DNA of 64,000 bases from positions 2,063 to 66,062 of the forward strand of contig JAWXAY010000080.1 of assembly GCA_034439715.1 (NCBI GenBank), in the 5' to 3' direction. This DNA is from Pseudomonadota bacterium (lineage in GTDB: Bacteria; Bdellovibrionota; Bdellovibrionia; Bdellovibrionales; SG-bin7). Positions 44,253-52,244 of this stretch are shown here, one piece after another (the stretch's first letter is position 1; the number at the start of each line of letters is the position of its first letter). The notes below the pieces were generated by a model, which saw only the letters and a list, made by a program, of their open reading frames with translations, had not been told where the DNA came from and did not search any database. The translations under genes and the position numbers were made by a program.

Positions 44253-45353
44253 ATGGAAATTAACTTCCCGTTTGTGGACTTAGCTCTAGTGCACGGTGAT
44301 TTGCGGCCGCAAATCCTCAAGACGTTGAGTGACGTCTATGAGCGACGCGTTTACATTTGTGGATCTGAACTTGAGCAATTTGAAATCGAGTGGGCAAAGT
44401 ATTGCGGAGTCAAATATGCCATTGGGGTTTCTAATGGTTTAGACGCGCTCGCATTAATATTAAAAGCACTTGAGATTGGACCTGGCGATGAAGTAATTCT
44501 GCCCGCCAATACTTTTATCGCCACGGCCCTCGCAGTTTCACAGGTAGGCGCCACGCCAGTACTTGTGGATGTGGACGAGGCGAGCTTTAACTTGTCCTTA
44601 TCCGAAGTAGAAAAAAGTATTACTAAAAAAACTAAGGCTATCATTCCCGTGCATCTCTATGGCCGATTAGCAGATATGAAAGGTCTTGTTGAAATTTCGA
44701 ACCTAAATAAAATTTGGTTAATCGAAGACGCGGCTCAAGCGCATGGTGCCGAAGTCGACAAAATTAGGGCGGGAGCCTTTGGCATTGCAGGGGCGTTTTC
44801 GTTTTATCCCGGTAAAAATTTGGGGGCTTTAGGTGACGGAGGTGGTGTCGTTACCAACGATGAAGCTCTAGCAAAAAAGATTAGAAAACTGAGAAATTAT
44901 GGCTCTGAGACTAAATATTACCATGACCTAAAAGGGAGTAATGCGCGACTTGATGAGATCCAAGCCGCAGTGCTGAGAGTAAAATTAAATTATTTAGAAA
45001 GCTGGAATAGCTTACGCCGTGAGATGGCTAGTGTTTATCAACAGGCGCTGGCAGATACGCCGTTGGTATTGCCACTAGCTAGTAAAGCCAATGAAAACGT
45101 TTGGCACCTCTATGTTGTTAAAACAAAAAATCGCAAAGAAGTTCAAGAAACTCTCTTAGAGAGTGGCATTCAATCGTCTATCCATTACCCAGTGCCTATT
45201 CATCTTCAGAGGGCATTTTCAGACTTAAATAAAGGACTAGGCAGTTTTCCGGTGTCGGAGAGGTTGGCAAATGAAATTCTCAGTTTGCCATTTTGGATAG
45301 GTCTGAATGTAAGTAATTGTGCAAAGGCTATTAAAAAATCTTTGAAATATTAG
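44253..45353 (+). CDS. fdtB: DegT-family aminotransferase (dTDP-3-keto-6-deoxyhexose 3-aminotransferase, FdtB/QdtB type)
   Basis: 366 aa. PLP Lys retained in FSFYPGKNLGALGDGGGV. It sits between the ketoisomerase and the acetyltransferase. Confidence 0.7.
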   Translation: MEINFPFVDLALVHGDLRPQILKTLSDVYERRVYICGSELEQFEIEWAKYCGVKYAIGVSNGLDALALILKALEIGPGDEVILPANTFIATALAVSQVGATPVLVDVDEASFNLSLSEVEKSITKKTKAIIPVHLYGRLADMKGLVEISNLNKIWLIEDAAQAHGAEVDKIRAGAFGIAGAFSFYPGKNLGALGDGGGVVTNDEALAKKIRKLRNYGSETKYYHDLKGSNARLDEIQAAVLRVKLNYLESWNSLRREMASVYQQALADTPLVLPLASKANENVWHLYVVKTKNRKEVQETLLESGIQSSIHYPVPIHLQRAFSDLNKGLGSFPVSERLANEILSLPFWIGLNVSNCAKAIKKSLKY

Positions 45354-45364
45354 GGAGTGTTCGC

Positions 45365-45886
45365 TTGGCAGATATTGAAAATACGAGTTCGGTTCCCACA
45401 TTTTTCTCGCATCCTCAAGCCTTGATTGAAGAGGGCGCACGCATTGGTGCTGGAACCAGAGTGTGGGCCTTTTCTCACATACTTTCGAAAGTTACGATCG
45501 GTAGAGATTGTAATATCTGTGATCACACCTTTGTTGAAAGCGGCGTAGTGATAGGTGATAGAGTGACAGTCAAGTGTGGCGTATACATTTGGCAGGGAGT
45601 TACTCTAGAAAACGATGTTTTCATTGGCCCAAACGCCACCTTTACTAACGATGAGTTTCCTAGAAGTAAAAAATATCCCACTGAGTTTTCAAAAACCCTG
45701 GTTAAAAATGGCGCGAGTATCGGCGCCAATGCTACATTACTGCCGGGAATAACTATCGGCGAGTTTGCCATGATCGGAGCGGGGTCTGTGGTAACAAAGG
45801 ATGTTCCTGCCTACGCAGTGGTTTGTGGTAATCCGGCTAAATTGATTCGCTACTCTCAATGCCCTTCGAATTCGCAGAATGCATGA
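45365..45886 (+). CDS. fdtC: Left-handed beta-helix N-acetyltransferase (FdtC/QdtC type)
   Basis: 173 aa, TTG start. Hexapeptide repeats (IGAGTRVW, IGRDCNI, IGDRVTV, IGPNATF, IGANATL, IGAGSVV). Confidence 0.7.
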   Translation: MADIENTSSVPTFFSHPQALIEEGARIGAGTRVWAFSHILSKVTIGRDCNICDHTFVESGVVIGDRVTVKCGVYIWQGVTLENDVFIGPNATFTNDEFPRSKKYPTEFSKTLVKNGASIGANATLLPGITIGEFAMIGAGSVVTKDVPAYAVVCGNPAKLIRYSQCPSNSQNA

Positions 45887-46410
45887 TATTTATATCCGGC
45901 CTTTTTGAGTTTTTCTCCGCCTTTTAGCTCGGGGAGGTCAACCAGGAAACAAATCTCAACAATCTCTGCTCCCAACTTTTCAATTAAAGAAATTGCACCC
46001 AATGCTGTTCCGCCAGTGGCCAAAAGATCGTCAATCAGTAAAACTTTTTGACCTTTTTGAATAGCGTCTTTTTGGATCTCGATAGTATCTGAGCCGTATT
46101 CCAAGTCGTAGTTATGAGAAACAATGTCCCCAGGGAGCTTGCCTTTTTTTCTGACGGGCACGAATCCCTTGTTCATAGCATAGGCGAAGGCAGAGCCTAT
46201 TATAAACCCTCGGGCTTCAATTCCGGCTACGATGTCAAATTCGTAGGAGCTGTAGCGGTCCTTCATTTTATCAATAGAATACCTTAATCCCTTGGCATTT
46301 CCTATGAGCGTAGAAATATCCCGAAAAAGAATTCCTTTTTTGGGATGGTCAGGAATGGTGCGAATCATTGACTTAATTATTGAATCAGTAGGCATTTTAA
46401 TGTCTCCCAT
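45856..46410 (-). CDS. apt: Adenine phosphoribosyltransferase
   Basis: 184 aa. IPDHPKKGILFRDISTL and PRPP motif VLLIDDLLATGGT. The likely start is the ATG at 46395. Convergent 31-nt overlap with fdtC. Confidence 0.9.
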   Translation of the reverse strand: MGDIKMPTDSIIKSMIRTIPDHPKKGILFRDISTLIGNAKGLRYSIDKMKDRYSSYEFDIVAGIEARGFIIGSAFAYAMNKGFVPVRKKGKLPGDIVSHNYDLEYGSDTIEIQKDAIQKGQKVLLIDDLLATGGTALGAISLIEKLGAEIVEICFLVDLPELKGGEKLKKAGYKYHAFCEFEGH

Positions 46411-46484
46411 TTAAAACGAAGTCTGAAACTTCCACTATGTGGATTAGCGGGTCAAGCTATTCTTAACAATCTCCAAGTGATCGT

Positions 46485-46510
46485 TTGACAAACACAATTG
46501 ACAAACACAA
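46485..46510 (+). repeat. Perfect tandem duplication of the 13-mer TTGACAAACACAA, followed by a degenerate third unit TTGATAAAG
   Basis: Read directly: 46485..46497 and 46498..46510 are identical, and a partial unit sits at 46511..46519. It lies 14 nt upstream of the ATG at 46533 in a divergent intergenic region. Each unit carries a -35 consensus hexamer. Confidence 0.7.
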
Positions 46511-46532
46511 TTGATAAAGTTTAGAAATTCTA

Positions 46533-48227
46533 ATGACTGCTTGGGGCATTAATAAATTGCTTTCTAAACATGGATTCATGGCGATCGCGATCTTTGCGAG
46601 TATTGTGGCTTTTTTCGCTCTGACGTGGGACCTAAGGCCCTTTCCTATAAATGCGGGAGTGGACGATGCCAAGTACGTCAAAGACGCATTAGAAATTGTA
46701 AATGGCAACTGGCTTGGCGCCTATGACAACCTGACTCTTAGCAAAAGACCTTTTTTTGGCATAGTTCAGGCGGCAAGAATTCACTTGGGCATTCCGTATA
46801 CTACCTTTGAGTTTAGTTTTCATATTTTTTGTATGTTGGCATTTTTATGGGCCCTAATAAATCTTGGATTTAATAAATATTTTTCTTTATTTTCTTATTT
46901 TCTAATTCTTTTTATGCCACAGTTTTATGATTTTCAAACTAGCAGAGTGAGTAGGGATCTATTCAACACGGATCTTCAAATATTAATTTTTTCTTTAAGT
47001 TTTGTTTTAGCATTAGCTTTCGATAAAATTCAGAGCACACGTAACAAGGGTTTTCTTGTTTTCTCCCTCTGCCTTTTATTGTCTTTGCATTATGGCACCC
47101 GCGAGGAATCATTTCTGATTTGGCCGGGCCTCTTGATACTACTGATTGGTCATGTCCAGCGCTATGGTCCAACACCGCTGTTTAAAAAATGGCGCTATGG
47201 AATGTCACTTTGTTTATTTTTTCTGTCGGTAGTTACAACTACGAATTTCTTGTGGCAACTTAAAAACTACTCGAAATACGGTCTATTTATAACTATTGAA
47301 CACGAGGCAGGGTCATTTTCTAGAGCTATAGGTGCTTTAGCCAGTATTAAGGAAGAAACGGAACCCTCGCGGCTATTAATTGATCGAAACGAACGATTAA
47401 AGCTGGCGAAGCTAAGCCCCACTTTTGCCAAGGTGTATTCCTCTTTCGACAATCCCGACGCCGATCCGTCAGAGCGTTGCCAAAAGGAAGGCCACTGCGA
47501 AGGTTACGACTATTCTCACCAAATTTTCGCATTTCGTGATTTGTTACCCAAAATGGGAGTGGGAAATAATGCCCGAGAGGCGGAGTTATTCTATCGCAGT
47601 TTTGCGCGAGAAGTTGAAGACCTTTGCGTGAGCGGTTCGCTCAAATGTGTGCTGCCCCTTCGCGCCACCATGTTGCCCTCTTTTTCTATGGCGATGCTTC
47701 CGCGATTTAGTGACATCTTGGCCCAGCATATAAGAGAAATTTTCGAAAGTTCTACGGTCGGTTATAGCTACTGGGAAAACCCTTTTACTGCCGATGACCA
47801 AGTTAAGTTTGAAAAAATGACTCTTCAAAAAGTATTTTTACTCAAAGACAACAAGCTGATATTGGGCGAACTGCCGACACCGATAGAAAATATAAATAAC
47901 CAGATTAATAGGCGACAACGGTTAGCGGCTCTCTACAGTATTTTTACAAAAATATTTATAACGTTGGGAGTGGTGGTAATTGTTTTTGGTTTATTTTTTG
48001 GATTATTTAAAAATGTTGTGATTGGATATATTCTAGCGGCAGCGCTAGTTACCATTATTTTAAGAGTGCTGGCTATCACTTCGATTGGGGCCGTAGATAG
48101 CCAAATGGCAAATGCCTATCTTTATCCTATTTATCCTGTCGTGATTTGGTTCTTTTTAATTGCTGTATATGAAGTGGTAAGTTCACAAAAGTTCTTTAGC
48201 AAGAGCCTCAAACGCCCCAACCTTTAA
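46533..48227 (+). CDS. Polytopic membrane protein, GT-C-like (possible periplasmic glycosyltransferase)
   Basis: 564 aa. About 9 N-terminal TM helices, a ~200-aa soluble region and C-terminal TM helices. The first loop has a GVDDAKYVKDA acidic motif as in GT-C enzymes. Confidence 0.4.
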   Translation: MTAWGINKLLSKHGFMAIAIFASIVAFFALTWDLRPFPINAGVDDAKYVKDALEIVNGNWLGAYDNLTLSKRPFFGIVQAARIHLGIPYTTFEFSFHIFCMLAFLWALINLGFNKYFSLFSYFLILFMPQFYDFQTSRVSRDLFNTDLQILIFSLSFVLALAFDKIQSTRNKGFLVFSLCLLLSLHYGTREESFLIWPGLLILLIGHVQRYGPTPLFKKWRYGMSLCLFFLSVVTTTNFLWQLKNYSKYGLFITIEHEAGSFSRAIGALASIKEETEPSRLLIDRNERLKLAKLSPTFAKVYSSFDNPDADPSERCQKEGHCEGYDYSHQIFAFRDLLPKMGVGNNAREAELFYRSFAREVEDLCVSGSLKCVLPLRATMLPSFSMAMLPRFSDILAQHIREIFESSTVGYSYWENPFTADDQVKFEKMTLQKVFLLKDNKLILGELPTPIENINNQINRRQRLAALYSIFTKIFITLGVVVIVFGLFFGLFKNVVIGYILAAALVTIILRVLAITSIGAVDSQMANAYLYPIYPVVIWFFLIAVYEVVSSQKFFSKSLKRPNL

Positions 48228-49292
48228 ATCCACACTGATTTTGACGATTTGACGAGAGGGGTCTTTTAACAGCCAGAGTTTGATCGAAACCGGTTTTTTA
48301 TGGGATTCATTGGGCTTTACATTTAGCTCAAGAAGCGTGGTGGGCCTTGTGCCGACGGGTAAAAGTAAAACCTCGTCTTTCGACGTCCTTAGGTTTACCT
48401 TTAAAAGGTGTTCATGATCAGCCAAATTAAAACTTTTTTCTTGGCCTAAACTTAATGGTAAAGTTCGCAGGAAGAACAAGGCCGATCCGGCCAACTGAGA
48501 GTTTTCTATAAAATTACTTTCGCTTTTTTTATTGGTTCTTCGGCCCCCGCGCTCGACAGCGTTCTCCCAGTACCTGGCCTTGCCGTTTAGCTCGCTTAGC
48601 ATATAGAGACTGCCATAACGAGTGGTTTCGTCATAAATTACACTCATGGCCAGGGGTTGCCATGAGCCCAGTTCGACATATGTTGTAATGACATCGTTGA
48701 TGCGAAAAAGTTTAAAGGACTCCGAAGACTTTAATTGGACTCTCAATTCGAGTGCTAATTTACCCCTAATTTTGATAAGACGAGAAACCTCAAGTGTCAA
48801 TTCGCCAGCAGAGAGGCCCAAGTAGGACATTTGCAAAACTGATTTCTCACCTAAGCGAAACGGGAGATTTCCCTGAGATGTAGCCACCTTTTGTTCGGTA
48901 GCAGTAAGCTCTTGAATCTGGGCCAATTTGTCAAATTCATCATTTTTATCAAAGCCCGCAGCTCGTGCCAGTTCCTGTTCGCTACCAATATTTTTACTGA
49001 CCAAGGCATCAAAAATACCAACTCCCAGTTCTCCGGTATAGGTAAAGCGATGGTTGCCCTGGTACAAATTTCTAAAGCCATTTTTGAATGTACCACCGAG
49101 TTCTTTTGTTTCTGGGTGATAATAAACAGTATCGAAATGGTCGCCTTCGACCGCTTGAATAGTTTCGCTGGCACTCATTACTTTTATGGCAACATCTTTT
49201 TTAGCGAAATGGGCAAATGCTAAATAGAAAATATTTAAGAAAATTAGAACTAAAAGAAAAAGTTTTGTTTTTCTGTTCCAGCCGAACAACAT
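48183..49292 (-). CDS. Signal-anchored beta-rich protein, DUF3108-like
   Basis: 369 aa. N-terminal anchor LFLLVLIFLNIFYLAFA. The YLGLSAGELTLEV...WLLKD...KISVDLKVGAFEA pattern resembles DUF3108 as I recall it. Convergent 45-nt overlap with 46533..48227. Confidence 0.35.
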   Translation of the reverse strand: MLFGWNRKTKLFLLVLIFLNIFYLAFAHFAKKDVAIKVMSASETIQAVEGDHFDTVYYHPETKELGGTFKNGFRNLYQGNHRFTYTGELGVGIFDALVSKNIGSEQELARAAGFDKNDEFDKLAQIQELTATEQKVATSQGNLPFRLGEKSVLQMSYLGLSAGELTLEVSRLIKIRGKLALELRVQLKSSESFKLFRINDVITTYVELGSWQPLAMSVIYDETTRYGSLYMLSELNGKARYWENAVERGGRRTNKKSESNFIENSQLAGSALFFLRTLPLSLGQEKSFNLADHEHLLKVNLRTSKDEVLLLPVGTRPTTLLELNVKPNESHKKPVSIKLWLLKDPSRQIVKISVDLKVGAFEALAKELL

Positions 49293-49294
49293 TT

Positions 49295-50035
49295 TTAAAG
49301 CGACGTTTTTTGGGCTTCGAGACTTTTCTTGTAGCGCCAGCTAAAAACCTCAGAAATAAACTGATAGTAGTAAGCCGCGCCCCATTGTAAAATCTGTAAC
49401 TTTCTCTCGCCACCGATTCGAGGTGGTTCATCGCCAGGAATTTCGGCAATCTTTAGGCCAGCCTTGGCAGCTCGGACTGAAAGTAGTGGTTCCCAACTTA
49501 TTTTTGTATGAAACAATGTTTCTGGAATTTTATACGAGCTGTCTTTGTCGAGGTCTAATTCGTAGGCCATGTTTTTTCGGTAACCGCGGTAAATGACCAT
49601 GGCATCCGTATATCGCGCATTGTGCAATACGTTTACAGTCTTGGTAAATAGCCAATTACCGAAGCTCGTAATGAGATCATCGTCTTCACTTTTCGCTGAT
49701 CCTAGATAGCGCGACACTATTACCATGTCATAGCCTTCTGTCATTTTATGAATCAAATCAGGCAAAAGCTCTGGGATAGAATTGCCGTCGGGGCTAAAGG
49801 TGATGACATAATCACCGGTAATGAGAGGCCAGACTTCTGTGTACGCATGGCGAAATCCCTTTTGTTTTTGTATATACACTTCGTAGCCATTTTCACGCGA
49901 CCACTCAATTGTGCCGTCGGTGGACCCCCCATCGAGCACAAGAATTTGATGAAACAAATCTCGGGGAATTTTAGGCATTATGGCTTTCATGCCAATTACT
50001 TCATTCAGAGTGGGTACAAGAAGTGTAATTTTCAT
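49295..50035 (-). CDS. Family 2 glycosyltransferase (polyprenyl-phosphate sugar synthase-like, Dpm1/GtrB/ArnC type)
   Basis: 246 aa. KITLLVPTLNE...VLDGGSTDGT...SPDG. Confidence 0.7.
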   Translation of the reverse strand: MKITLLVPTLNEVIGMKAIMPKIPRDLFHQILVLDGGSTDGTIEWSRENGYEVYIQKQKGFRHAYTEVWPLITGDYVITFSPDGNSIPELLPDLIHKMTEGYDMVIVSRYLGSAKSEDDDLITSFGNWLFTKTVNVLHNARYTDAMVIYRGYRKNMAYELDLDKDSSYKIPETLFHTKISWEPLLSVRAAKAGLKIAEIPGDEPPRIGGERKLQILQWGAAYYYQFISEVFSWRYKKSLEAQKTSL

Positions 50036-50149
50036 ATTTTCCTTTACAGTTAGAAAGAACTCTTTTACTTCCTAAACTTTTATGAAACTATCAATGTTAT
50101 TGTTAAACAGAAAATAATGCCACGCATTAATAATGAAGTGAGGTAATCC

Positions 50150-51208
50150 ATGATCATCAGCCAGACGCCTTTTCGTATTTCCTTTTTTGGCGGTGGTACA
50201 GACTACCCCCTTTGGTTTCGCGAACATGGCGGCGCAGTTCTGGCCACTACGATCGATAAATATTGTTACCTTAGTTGTCGCTACCTCCCTCCCTTTTTCG
50301 CTCATAAACATCGAATTGTTTACTCGGTTATTGAAAATGTGAAAGAGATTGAAGATATCAAGCACCCTGCCGTGAGAGAAGTAGTCAAATATTTAGGCAT
50401 TCGCGATGGTTTAGAAGTGCATCACGATGGAGACTTGCCTGCTCGTTCAGGATTAGGCTCAAGTTCTTCGTTTACCGTCGGACTGCTCAATACGCTTTAT
50501 GCGCTTCATGGCAAACTGACTTCAAAGGCCCAATTAGCCAAGCTCGCCATACATATTGAACAAAACATTATTAAAGAAACAGTTGGTTCACAAGATCAGA
50601 TTTCGGCGGCATTTGGCGGATTTAATATCATTAAATTTAATAGAGATGATAGTTTTCAAGTCGATCCCGTAATTATTACGAAAGAGCGTAAAGAAGAGCT
50701 TGAAAGTCATTTAATGTTATTTTTTACAGGAATATCCCGTACTGCTGAGACCGTTGCGCAAAGTAAACTAAAGAATTTTGAAAAGAAGACGTCGCAACTT
50801 TCAACGATGTTTCAGATGGTGCAAGAAGCCCAAAGTATTTTAGAGAGCTCTCGTGTGTCCATTTGCGAAATCGGCGAGATGTTGCATGAGGGGTGGCTCC
50901 TGAAGCAGGAGTTGTCAGATAAAGTTTCGAATAAATTTGTAAGTGATATGTATACCTCGGCTCTCGAGTCAGGTGCCATTGGTGGCAAACTATTAGGTGC
51001 CGGCGGCGGGGGTTTTATGTTGCTTTTTGTTCCGCCCGAGCGTCAGGAACAAGTGCGACAGCGCTTGCGCGGCCTCATTGAGGTGAATTTTAAGTTTGAA
51101 AACCAGGGTAGCCGAATTACGCTTTACGATCCCAACTTAGGTAACAGTGTTGAAACGCTAAAGGCTGCGGCATCGATACAATTACCTTCACCTGATCAGC
51201 TAATGTAG
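50150..51208 (+). CDS. GHMP-family sugar kinase (HddA-like D-glycero-alpha-D-manno-heptose-7-phosphate kinase candidate)
   Basis: 352 aa. N-terminal TPFRISFFGGGTDYP, GHMP motif II PARSGLGSSSSF, motif III KLLGAGGGGF. Confidence 0.55.
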   Translation: MIISQTPFRISFFGGGTDYPLWFREHGGAVLATTIDKYCYLSCRYLPPFFAHKHRIVYSVIENVKEIEDIKHPAVREVVKYLGIRDGLEVHHDGDLPARSGLGSSSSFTVGLLNTLYALHGKLTSKAQLAKLAIHIEQNIIKETVGSQDQISAAFGGFNIIKFNRDDSFQVDPVIITKERKEELESHLMLFFTGISRTAETVAQSKLKNFEKKTSQLSTMFQMVQEAQSILESSRVSICEIGEMLHEGWLLKQELSDKVSNKFVSDMYTSALESGAIGGKLLGAGGGGFMLLFVPPERQEQVRQRLRGLIEVNFKFENQGSRITLYDPNLGNSVETLKAAASIQLPSPDQLM

Positions 51209-51221
51209 GCCAGTTTAAGAT

Positions 51222-52244
51222 TTATAAATCCAAATATTGCTTACAGCCAATATATTCTGTGACTAGGTGTCTTGGTGACACGTCAAAGGCAGGATTATAA
51301 ACCTGGCTCGACGGATGCCCCTCTGCACCTATTACTTCTTTCGGGTCTCTTTGTTCGACGGGAATATTTTTGCCATTAGGACAATTGGGATCAACCGTTG
51401 TTGATGGTGCCACAACATAAAAAGGAATTTTGTGAACCGATGCCATGGTGGCGACGGTGAACGTACCAATCTTATTGGCAAAGTCGCCATTTTTCGCAAT
51501 ACGATCAGCCCCCACAAAAATTTTCTGAATTTTACCGAGGCTCATCAGAAACCCCGCCATATTATCGCAGATTAAAGTAAAAGGAATGCCGTGCCTATGG
51601 AGTTCCCAGGAGGTCAGCCTAGCGCCCTGAAGCAAGGGTCTGGTTTCATCCACATATACATGAATTTTTTTACCTTGATCATGAGCTGTTTTAATGACAC
51701 CTACCGCGGTGCCAATGCCAGCTGTGGCGAGTCCTCCGGCATTACAGTGGGTGAGGACTGTATCACCATCATTAATAAATTTTGCACCCTCAAGACCCAT
51801 CTCTAGACATAATCTAACATCTTCTTCAAATATTTCTGTGGCTTTAGCGACAAGATTTGCGACCGATGGGGTTGGCACTTTCAAAAGTGGTAGCATACGA
51901 TCAACAGCATTCATTAAATTAACTGCAGTAGGGCGAGCCCCTCGCAGGGTCATGGCCGATTTTAAAAGTTCGTCACGTGAAACATCTTTTTTAGCGTAAT
52001 CGGCGATGGCCAGCGCTGCTGCGACGCCAATGAGTGGGGCACCGCGAACCTTAAGACTGCGAATGTAATTAGACATTTGATAGGGGTCACTGACCTCAAG
52101 CCACACCTCGCGGTGGGGCAAAAGCTCTTGGTCTAAAATTGTAAGTTTCTGTTGGTTAATTTTGAGGCCGAGGGAGTTTAATTCTTTAAATAACACGATC
52201 GTTACCTCCATCAATTGAAATTTGCGCGCCCGTTGTTTTACCAA
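51222..52244 (-). CDS. MtnA / eIF-2B-family sugar-1-phosphate isomerase (methylthioribose-1-phosphate isomerase-like)
   Basis: 340 aa. LDQELLP, RGAPLIGVAAA, RPTAVNL, CNAGGLATAG, VDETRPLLQGARLT and GADRIAKNGD match MtnA motifs. The start is more likely the ATG at 52211 or the GTG at 52196. All candidate starts overlap the upstream stop. Confidence 0.7.
   Translation of the reverse strand: MVKQRARKFQLMEVTIVLFKELNSLGLKINQQKLTILDQELLPHREVWLEVSDPYQMSNYIRSLKVRGAPLIGVAAALAIADYAKKDVSRDELLKSAMTLRGARPTAVNLMNAVDRMLPLLKVPTPSVANLVAKATEIFEEDVRLCLEMGLEGAKFINDGDTVLTHCNAGGLATAGIGTAVGVIKTAHDQGKKIHVYVDETRPLLQGARLTSWELHRHGIPFTLICDNMAGFLMSLGKIQKIFVGADRIAKNGDFANKIGTFTVATMASVHKIPFYVVAPSTTVDPNCPNGKNIPVEQRDPKEVIGAEGHPSSQVYNPAFDVSPRHLVTEYIGCKQYLDL

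Noticed and set aside
50072-50365. 97-aa minus-strand ORF across the hddA-like start region
   Set aside because: It overlaps the well-supported GHMP kinase N-terminus (GGGTDYP motif) out of frame and has no motifs of its own.
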